Part shown: positions 55,476 to 64,000 of the stretch, in pieces
How the letters are laid out: each line of letters opens with the position of its first letter
Position numbering within the stretch: position 1 is the first letter of the stretch
Source: an uncultured Methylomirabilota bacterium
Lineage (GTDB): Bacteria; Methylomirabilota; Methylomirabilia; Methylomirabilales; 2-02-FULL-66-22
Reading direction: 5' to 3'
DNA length: 64,000 bases
Assembly (NCBI GenBank): GCA_963705305.1
Contig: OY970067.1
Location: 320,001-384,000 of the forward strand
Notes under the pieces: model-generated
The model's database searches: none
What the model was told of the DNA's origin: nothing
What the model saw: the letters and a program-made list of their open reading frames with translations, nothing else
Translations under genes and position numbers: made by a program

Positions 55476-56096
55476 GTGATGCACGTGGGGGCACTCCAAG
55501 GGGTCGTCGGGCACTTTACGTACCTCGGCATTTTCGCCGTGCTCGTCCTGGGCAGCCTGGGGGTGCCAATCCCCGAGGAGATGGCCATCATCGCGACCGC
55601 CGTCCTGAGCCACGCGGGTCTCATCCGGTGGTGGCTGGCGCTCCCCGTCTGCCTCCTGGGCGCGCTCTCCGGCGATATGGTGCTCTACTGGGTCGGCCGG
55701 CACTGGGGCGAGGCCGTCCTCAACTGGCGCGTGGTGCGGCTGGTACTGACGCTCAAGCGTGAGCAGTGGCTGAACGCGGCGTATCGACGGCATGCCCTGA
55801 AGACTGTCGTCACGGCGCGGTATATCATGGGACTCCGCGCCGCGGCGTTTCTGATGGCGGGCATTGCGCGCGTGCCATTCTGGAAGTTCGTCGTGGCCGA
55901 CGCGGGCGCCGCCGCACTCGGCGTCCCTTTCCTGTTCGGTCTGGCCTACTTCTTCACCGAGGAGATCACAGCCATCGCGGCCGATGTGCACCGGGGGGAG
56001 CGCTGGCTTGTGCTCGCGGGCCTCGTGGGGCTTATGGTGGTGCTGGGCGTCGGCGTGTGGCGATGGAAACGGCGTCTCGGGTCGGAACGGCCTTGA
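55476..56096 (+). CDS. DedA family membrane protein
   Basis: GVPIPEE, GDMVLYWVGRHWG, ARYIMGLR. Confidence 0.92.
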   Translation: MMHVGALQGVVGHFTYLGIFAVLVLGSLGVPIPEEMAIIATAVLSHAGLIRWWLALPVCLLGALSGDMVLYWVGRHWGEAVLNWRVVRLVLTLKREQWLNAAYRRHALKTVVTARYIMGLRAAAFLMAGIARVPFWKFVVADAGAAALGVPFLFGLAYFFTEEITAIAADVHRGERWLVLAGLVGLMVVLGVGVWRWKRRLGSERP

Positions 56097-56433
56097 GGGG
56101 GAGCAGAGCGAGGGGGATGCGCCCGACGCGTGCGACCCGCGAGGCCGCCCATCATTCCGTTCGCACACCGGAGAACGCGCCGCCCGACCGAAGGAGTCCC
56201 GGGCCGGTTCCTGTCGTGACTGTCACCAGAGGGTGACCGCTCAGCCGGGTGATCACGAACCCCTGTGAAGCCCCCCACCCATGACCCCTCCCTCAAGAAG
56301 CGCGGGCCCCGGTGCCCGCGCTAACGGAACAGTGGATTCGATCTGCGGGCGGTAGGCGGTGGAATTTGACCTTGAGGTGGGACGGATTACTTCAGCCGCC
56401 GAGTCCTACTCATCTTCATTGTTGGACTCGAAT

Positions 56434-56465
56434 GGTGCCGGGGGAGCGGCACCACAATGGAGCGA
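56434..56465 (+). repeat. att-like junction J6
   Basis: TGGTGCCG-GGGGAG-CGGCACCA perfect dyad followed by CAATGGAGCGA. Confidence 0.8.
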
Positions 56466-56588
56466 GGCGGATTCCCCATGCGGGCTCGATTCCTCGCGTG
56501 ATTCTTTGCCCTTCGCGGCCGCCCGGCATTCCGTACACCTCCAGACGGCACATCGCCCTGCCGGGCGCGCATGCGCTGCAGGGCCTCC

Positions 56589-57527
56589 TCAGTCGTGCTG
56601 AGCGCCCGGCGTCCTGCGGTGGGCCGCGAGGAGACCGAGTGTGACGCAGGCCACCCCCAGGAGGGTGCCGGCCGAGAGCCGCTCGCCGAGGATGGCTGCC
56701 CCCAGCCCCGCCGCTGTGATCGGGCTCAGTGCAAGGAACACCGTCACCCGGGTTGGTGTGGTGTTGTTGAGGGCCCACAGCCAGAGGTAGTACCCCACGC
56801 CGCTGGCAAGACCGATGAACCCCACCGCCGCCCACACAGCCGGCGAGAAAGACGGGCGGGCGGCGAAGAAGCCCTCCCGGGCCGCGAGCAGCGCGAGGAA
56901 CCCCACCGAGGCGAGCATCGCGAAGGCGCTTACGGGTAGGATGGGATACTTCCGCAGATAGGGACGATAGAGGACGCTGGTCACCGCGCCGCATCCGGCG
57001 CTGCCGAAGGCCGCCAGGTCCCCGATCCAGGCGGCGCCGTCCCCGCCGCGCCGAATGGCTGCCTCCCCCAGGACGACCCCGACCCCCGCGATCGTCAGCA
57101 TGACGCCCACGGCTTTTGCCACGGTGAGCCGCTCGCGCCCGAGGGCCGCGCCGAGCAGCATCGTCAGGAGGGGGACGGTCGCAAAGATCAGGGCGCCGCG
57201 GGCGGAGGGGATGAAGCAGAGCGCGTAATTGAGGAGCGCAATCAAGACTCCGAACTGGATGATGCCGAGCAGGGCGATGGGAAACACATCCCGCGCCTCG
57301 AAGCGAAACCGGCGGACCATGAGGGCGGGCGGGAGGAGGCAGCAGAACCCGATGACGTACCGCAGGAGGGCCAGGGAGGCCGGGCCGGTCTCGTGCACGA
57401 CGGCACGGGTGGCCACCATGGTGGCGCCCACCAGGATTCCGGTGCCGGCCGCCGCGCCGGCCGCCAGCCTGGTTCGCTCAGGTGCCGCTGCGTTTACCAC
57501 TGTGGACCCGCCACCCACTTGATACAC
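56589..57527 (-). CDS. DMT/EamA family transporter
   Basis: About 10 TM segments, LGRERLT and ILGERLS repeats; start uncertain. Confidence 0.9.
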   Translation of the reverse strand: MYQVGGGSTVVNAAAPERTRLAAGAAAGTGILVGATMVATRAVVHETGPASLALLRYVIGFCCLLPPALMVRRFRFEARDVFPIALLGIIQFGVLIALLNYALCFIPSARGALIFATVPLLTMLLGAALGRERLTVAKAVGVMLTIAGVGVVLGEAAIRRGGDGAAWIGDLAAFGSAGCGAVTSVLYRPYLRKYPILPVSAFAMLASVGFLALLAAREGFFAARPSFSPAVWAAVGFIGLASGVGYYLWLWALNNTTPTRVTVFLALSPITAAGLGAAILGERLSAGTLLGVACVTLGLLAAHRRTPGAQHD

Positions 57528-57557
57528 GCATCCGAGGCCGGCAGCGACTGCGGCCGC

Positions 57558-58490
57558 TTACAAATCCAGCCCCCACGTCTCTCCCACCAGGGGCTTTCCA
57601 AAACTCGCGTGCGATTCGGTGCGAACCAGCTTGAAGCCGGTCTGCTCGTAGAGGTGGCGGGCGGCGGCCAGCACGTCGTTCGTCCAGAGCACGATCTTCC
57701 GGTACCCCACCCGGCGGCTGAACCGGATGCACTCCTCCACCAGCCGCTTGCCGAGACCCTGGCCGCGAGCCGACGGCTCCACGTACAGCAGCCGCAGCTT
57801 GGCAACCTCATCTGACAGACGGACGATGAAGACGGAGCCGACGATCTCCCCCTCCTGCTCGGCGATCCAGCAGCGCTCGCGCTTCGGATTGAACTCGGTG
57901 AGGAACTTGGCCACGATCTCGGCCACCAGCGCCTCAAAGCGTTCGTCCCAGCCGTACTCCTGGGCATACAGGGCCCCGTGCCGGTGAACAACCCAGCCCA
58001 TGTCGCCCGGCTCCGGAGGGCGGAGGAGGATCGGCGGCCGCTGGCGCTCGCGGGAGCCGCCCAGCAGCCGCTCGACGGTGTGGAGGGCCGCCACCAAGCG
58101 GCGTTGATCCGCCTCGGACAGGGCGCGCAGCATGGGGCCTACCTCCTCGCTCGCGCGCTTGTCGAGCGGGGCAAAGACCCTTCGACCCGCCGGCGTGAGG
58201 CGCAGGAGACTCTGCCGCCCGTCCCGTTTCGACACCTGCCGCTTGAGATAGCCGCGCCCCTCGAATTTCGCCAGGATGCGGCTGAGGTATCCCGCATCCA
58301 GCGCCAGCTCTTTCCGCAGTTCCACAGCCGTGGGGGCCTGGCGGTGCGCCAGCTCGTACAGGACCCGCACCTCCGTGAGGGAGAAGCGGCTCTTGAGCAG
58401 TCCTTCATGCAATACACCAATCTGTTTGGTATAGAACCGGTTGAAGCGCCGCACGGCGGCCACGCGCTGGTCGAGCAGGCGATCGGCCAT
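57558..58490 (-). CDS. Bifunctional MarR-HTH/GNAT acetyltransferase
   Basis: VRRFNRFYT, LDAGYLSRIL, LRLLYVEPSARGQGLG. Confidence 0.93.
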   Translation of the reverse strand: MADRLLDQRVAAVRRFNRFYTKQIGVLHEGLLKSRFSLTEVRVLYELAHRQAPTAVELRKELALDAGYLSRILAKFEGRGYLKRQVSKRDGRQSLLRLTPAGRRVFAPLDKRASEEVGPMLRALSEADQRRLVAALHTVERLLGGSRERQRPPILLRPPEPGDMGWVVHRHGALYAQEYGWDERFEALVAEIVAKFLTEFNPKRERCWIAEQEGEIVGSVFIVRLSDEVAKLRLLYVEPSARGQGLGKRLVEECIRFSRRVGYRKIVLWTNDVLAAARHLYEQTGFKLVRTESHASFGKPLVGETWGLDL

Positions 58491-58520
58491 GGGTGTCCCT
58501 CCTGTGCCATCGGTTTCGTG

Positions 58521-58563
58521 TTACTTAACATTGTCAACTATATACTTGCCTTGGTCAAGTATA
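58521..58563. promoter_or_regulatory. Probable MarR operator
   Basis: TATACTTG-N7-CAAGTATA (58541-58563) plus an adjacent degenerate copy, upstream of the MarR-GNAT gene. Confidence 0.7.
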
Positions 58564-58703
58564 ATTCGAGCGAGCCGAGCGGGAGAGGTGTGAGCGGGCG
58601 GGATGATTATGGCCGCGTGTCAAGAGGCGGACGCGCTCTGCCGTCGAGCTTCGCGTGGGTCAGCCGGCAAATCCGCGATCTCTCGAATTGAACCGTCAGC
58701 CGT

Positions 58704-59078
58704 CTAGCTGACCGACCTGGCGAACGGCTTGTTGGGATCGGGCAGAGGGGTGTTGAAGGCCAGGTGGACGGTCGGCTCCGTGCCGCCGTTCCAGTTGCGA
58801 TGCCGCACGCCTGCCGGAAAGATGATGAGGGAGCCGGGACCGCAGTCGTACCGCGTGCCTTCAATGTCGATGCTCATCGTGCCCCGCAGGATGTAGAAGA
58901 TCTGATCAACGTCGTGAACGTGCATGCCGGCCGGCGAGCCGCTCCCGGGGGGCGTCTTGATGCAGTTGATCGTGCAGGTTGTGGCGCCCGAGGCGTGATC
59001 CAGCAGGCTCTGGGTCAGGCGCTCGTCGACGCCGCTCTTCTCGATCGCCGCGAAATCAACCTGGCGAACATATTCCAC
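58704..59078 (-). CDS. Cupin domain protein
   Basis: HVHDVDQIFYILRG and FPAGVRH cupin motifs. Confidence 0.9.
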   Translation of the reverse strand: MEYVRQVDFAAIEKSGVDERLTQSLLDHASGATTCTINCIKTPPGSGSPAGMHVHDVDQIFYILRGTMSIDIEGTRYDCGPGSLIIFPAGVRHRNWNGGTEPTVHLAFNTPLPDPNKPFARSVS

Positions 59079-59144
59079 GGGGAGACTCCTTTCGAATCGC
59101 TTGGCTGACGTGCGGGAGCTTATCGCGGCCCCCCCAACTGTGAA

Positions 59145-62100
59145 TTATGACTCGGGAAATCCCGCCGCCGGGATCTGGCCCTCCGAAACGGGGACGCGCA
59201 GCTTTCCCCGTCGGCGCAGCCACTGGCCGAAGGAGTCCAGGTAGATGTAGGTGACCGGCGTGATGTACAGCGTCAGGAGCTGCGAAACCATGAGGCCGCC
59301 GACCACGGCGAGGCCCAGGGGCCGGCGCGCCTCGGCCCCCTGCCCGGCACCCAGGGCGATGGGCAGCGTGCCCATCAGGGCCGCCATGGTCGTCATCATG
59401 ATCGGGCGAAATCGAATGAGGCAGCCCTCGAAGATCGCCTCCGCGGCGCTCTTTCCCTGCCGCTGCGCCGACAGCGCAAAGTCGATCATCATGATGGCAT
59501 TCTTCTTGACGATGCCCACCAGCATGATGATCCCGACGAACGCGTAGATATTGAGGTCGTGGTGGAAAAGAAGCAGGGTGAAGAGCGCGCCGGCCCCCGC
59601 CGACGGCAAACCCGACAGGATGGTCAGCGGATGGATGAAACTTTCGTACAGGATGCCCAGAACGATGTAGATGATCAGGACCGCCATGAGCAGCAGCATC
59701 CCCATGCCGGTCAGTGATTTCTGAAACTCCTGAGCGCTTCCCTGAAAACTGGCGGCGATCGTGCGTGGCAGCATGGCGCGCCCGAGGCGGTCAATCTGGG
59801 CTACGACATCCCCCAGGGAGACGCCCGGCTTCAGATCGAAGGAGAGCGTTACCGAGGGGAGCTGCCCGAGATGATTCACCGTGAGCGGCCCGATTCCCGG
59901 AGTCAACTTGGCCACGACGCTCAGGGGGACGAGGCTGCCCGCAGCCGACCGAACGTAGAGCAGGGAGAGGACCTGCGGGTTCTCTTGGTACCGGGGATCC
60001 AGCTCCAGGATGACCCAGTATTCGTTGGTCGGCGTATAGATCGTCGAAACCTGCCTGGTCCCGTAGGCGTCGTACAGGGCATTCTCGATCTGGGCCGCGG
60101 TGATTCCAAGGGTGGACGCTTTGTCCCGGTCGATCTCCACGTGGACCTTCGGGCTCGCGATCTGCAGATCGCTGGTCACGTCCTGGACCTCCGGAAGGGC
60201 CGCGACCTTTGCCTGAAGCGCCTGCGCCAGCCTGTAGAGCTCCCCCGTGTCGGCTCCCTGCAAGGTGTACTGATAGAGGCTCTTGGTCATCTGCCCCCCG
60301 ATGCGGATGACGGGGGGGTTCTGCAGGAAGACCCGGATGCCGGGCACCACCGCCAGCTTGGGGCGCAGCTCCTGGATGATCTCGTCGGCGGAGAGCGCCC
60401 GCTCACCCCGGGGCTTCAGCATGAGCCCCAGGCGCCCCGTGTTCTCCGTGGGGCTGGCGCCGCCGACGCCGACGGCGGACATGAAGGACTCGATGTTCGG
60501 ATCCTGACGGACGATGGCCGCCACCTGCCGCTGGTGCTCCACCATGCTGTCAAAAGAGATGTCCTGGGCGGCCTCGGTGAAGCCGACGATCTGCCCGGTG
60601 TCCTCGCTCGGGATAAACCCCTTTGGCACCACCCAGAACAGGCCGCCCGTCACGAGGAGAAGGAGGCCCGAGGCCGCCATGACCATGGCGCGGTGCCGCA
60701 GGCTGCGCTCCAGCGTCCAGCGGTAGGTGGACAGCATGCCCTGGAAGAAGCGCTCGGTGACGGCATAGAAGCGGCCGTGCCGCATCTCGCCGGGCGGGCG
60801 CAGAAACCGGCTGCACAGCATCGGAGTGAGGGTCAGCGAGACGATGCCCGAGACCAAAATGGCCGCGATGACCGTCACGGCGAACTCGTGGAACAGCCGG
60901 CCGACGATCCCACTCATGAAGAGCACGGGGATGAACACCGCGGCGAGCGACAGGGTCATGGAGAGGATGGTGAAGCCGATCTCGCGCGAGCCGCTGAGGG
61001 CCGCCGCGAATGTCTCCTCCCCCCTCCATGTGGCGCACGATATTCTCCAGCATGACAATGGCGTCGTCCACGACGAAGCCCACCGAGAGAGTGAGGGCCA
61101 TGAGGGAGAGGTTGTCCAGGCTATAGCCCAGCTGGTACATGACGGCAAAGGTGCCGACGACGGACATGGGCAGGGCCAGGCTGGGAATCACCGTGGCCGA
61201 GACGTTTCGCAGGAAGAGGAAGATCACCAGGACCACCAGGCACATGGTGAGCAGCAGGGTGAATTTCACGTCGGCAACCGAGTTGCGGATCGTCTGGGAT
61301 CGGTCGTACAGGATGTCCAGGGACACCGCCGAGGGCAGTTGGGCGCGGAACACGGGCAGCAGCTCCCGGATGGCGTCCACCACCTTCACGGTATTCGTGC
61401 CGGGCTGGCGCTGGATGGCCAGGACGATGGCGCGTGCATCGTTCCGCCAGCCCGCGACCTTGTCGTTCTGCACGCTGTCGATCACCCGGCCCAGCTCTCC
61501 CAGGCGAACGGGAGAGCCGTTTCGATAGGTGACGATCAGCGGGCGGTAGGCCGGCGCGTTGAAGAGCTGCCCGCTGGCCTCGACGGAAAAGGTCTGATGG
61601 CGCCCGTCCAGGTTTCCCGTGGGCAGGTTGACATTCGCGTTCTCGATGGCGTCTTCCACCTCGTCGATCCCGATCCCCCGCGAGGCCAGGGCGTTTGGAT
61701 CCACCTGGATCCGCACGGCGTATTGCTGGGAGCCGAAGACCAGCACCTGCGAAACGCCGCTCACCATGGAAATGCGCTGCGCCATGAGGGTCTCGGCATA
61801 CTCGTCCACGGCGGAGAGAGGCATGGTCGGCGAGCTCAAGGCCAGATAGAGAATTGGCGAATCGGCGGGGTTGACCTTCCGCATGGTGGGCGGGCTGGGC
61901 AGCTCCGGCGGCAGGTACCGCTGGGCCGCCGCGATGGCCGCCTGGACGTCCTGGGCCGCGCCGTCGATGTTCCGGTCCAGGTCGAACTGCAGCGTGATCG
62001 ACGCGATCCCCTGCACGCTGCTGGATGTCATGTTGTCGATGCCGGCGATGGTGGAAAACTGCTTCTCCAGGGGGGTGGCCACCGACGAGGCCATGGTCTC

Positions 62101-62268
62101 CGGGCTGGCCCCGGGGAACTGCGTGGTCACCTGGATGGTCGGAAAGTCGACGCTGGGCAGATCGCTGACGGGAAGGAGGCGGTATCCCATGAATCCGAAG
62201 AGCAGGATGCCCGCCATGACGAGGGTCGTCATGACCGGCCGCCGGATGAACAACTCCGGAATGTTCAT
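59145..62268 (-). pseudogene. RND efflux permease (MdtB/C-like) with frameshift at ~61020
   Basis: FIRRPVMTT...[17 protein letters not shown] in one frame, AAALSGSREIGFT onward in another; shift lies in a G-run. Confidence 0.88.
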
Positions 62269-63648
62269 TGCGCCTGCCCCGACGCGCCGGCGGCAATCGG
62301 CTCATTCGCCTGGACTCGCACGCCGGGGGCGAGGCGAAGCTGGCCGTCTGTCACCACCTTCTCCCCGGGAACGAGCCCCTTCTCTACAACTACTTCGGTG
62401 CCTGCCCTTCTCCCCGTCGTGACCGGGCGAGACTCCACGGTCGAGTCGGATCGCACCACATACACATACTGGCCCTGCTGGCCGGTTTGAACGGCCTGTG
62501 CCGGAACCGTCACCGCGCCGGGCTGGACAGTGAGCGTGAGGATCGTGTTAACGAACTGCCCCGGCCAGAGAGTTCCCCTCAGATTCGGAAAGGTGGCCTT
62601 GAGCTGGATGGTGCCTGTGGTGGTGTCCACGGTGTTGTTCACGAAGGTGAGCTTCCCTGTCGCGGGCACGCCCTCCTGGCCCGGCGCGATGGCCTCGACC
62701 TGGAGGCTGCCGGCGGCCAGATACTTCTTGACGTCCGCCAACGACTGCTCAGGCACGGCAAAGCTCACGTAAGTCGGGTGAATCTGATTGATCACCACCA
62801 TGGACCCGGTGTCATCCCGGGCCTTGACGGCACTGCCCACCTGCACCAGCAGGTTCCCCGTCCGGCCATCCATGGGGGCGCGGATGCTTGTATAGCCGAG
62901 CTGAACCTGCGCGTTCTTGACCGCCGCCTGATCTGCCTTCACAGCCGCCCGGACGCTTTCCACGGTGGCCCGGGCCGCCCGGATGGAGGCCTCGGCGCTG
63001 TCAATGGCGGCCCGGTCCGCCTGGATCGTCGCCTCCGCCGCCAGCGCCGTGGTGTGGACCTGGTCGTACTGCTCCTTCGAGATGGCCCCCTCGGCGATCA
63101 ACTCCTTGTAGCGGCGGTCCTGCGTCGTCGCGTTCTCCAGCTGCGCCTGGTCTCGCGCCAGGTTGGCCTCGGCCTGCTTCTCCGCCGCCAGGCTCTGGAA
63201 GACCGCCGCCTCGGCCTGCTGGAGCTGGGCGATGTCCCGCCCCAGATTGGCTTCGGCTTGGTCCAAGGCAGCCTGGAAGGGCCGCTGATCGAGGGTGAAG
63301 AGGAGGTCACCCTTCTGGACGTTCTTGTCCCTCGGTGAAGTGGATGCGGGCAACCTCTCCATCCACCTGGCTCTTGACCGTCACCGTGGTGTATGGCTGG
63401 ACGCTCCCGATGGCGCCGAGCTGCACCGGAACCGCCTTGCTAAGTACGGCGGCTACGGTCACCGGGACGGCTTCCTTCACCGCCTTCGCCTGGGCCTGAC
63501 CGTTTCCGCCGCTGGAGCAGGCCGCGAGCAGCAAGGCCGCCAGCAGCGCCACCCCATGAGACGTGGCCTTGAGTCTCAGGGGGCCTGCCTGCCGATGGCG
63601 GGCGGCGAGCCCCTGACCCACAGGACCCCAAAGATCTCCCCCGTCCAT
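62265..63648 (-). pseudogene. RND periplasmic adaptor with one extra base at ~63322
   Basis: LAACSS lipobox, KSQVDG, HFTEGQ then VQKGDLLF in another frame, LWPGQFVN; start uncertain. Confidence 0.85.
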
Positions 63649-64000
63649 TCGTGCGCGCACTGTCGCGAGCCGACCCGGCGTCCCTGCGTCCTCGTTGTTC
63701 CACCATAACAGGGGTGTGTGGATGGCTGATCCTTTAGATCTCTCTGCACGCGCGGGGCGGATCGCGCGCACTCCGACGCTGGCTCGGCTCATTGGCAGCC
63801 ATCCTCACTCACGGGGCCCGGGTATAGCCCTCGCACCAGGGCCATTCCTTTCAGGACCCGCATCTGTTTGGGGCGGGACAACGTGATCCCTGTCCAGGCC
63901 CGCCCCGCCTGCCGGGCGATCCCGAAAAAGGCCGCCGTCAAAGGCGCGGAATTCCTCCGCCGCGTCTTTATCTCGGGCGCCTCGCCGGGCATGCCGCTGG

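Overview
GC-rich bacterial accessory region with no core housekeeping block apart from an extra-looking groES-groEL pair. Cargo: a NitT/TauT-type ABC transporter with a ferritin-like/VIT1 protein, a branched-chain (liv) ABC transporter, four efflux systems (MdtABC-type plus OMF, AcrAB-type plus TetR, EmrAB-type plus OMF, and a frameshifted RND pair), two GAF-sigma54 activators with readable enhancers and -24/-12 promoters, lemA-TPM-TPM, and a general-stress cluster. Mobile debris is dense: a decayed IS110 (IS1111-type) element, a full-length group II intron with a damaged ORF plus a second intron 5' remnant, two IS200/IS605-type non-autonomous elements, two MITEs and a small serine recombinase. 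The main unexplained structure is a dispersed family of ~32-bp att-like junctions (GGTGCCGGGGGAGCGG...) at about 5.3, 33.6, 40.6, 45.7 (inverted) and 56.4 kb. They resemble the antisense 3' end of a tRNA-Leu whose displaced 3' half lies at 34552-34608, and several are preceded by degraded ORF tails resembling large serine recombinase C-termini. I infer an integrase-less cassette array built by repeated integration at one tRNA. Neither the intact tRNA nor a full integrase is in the window. All family assignments come from motif recognition, not database searches.
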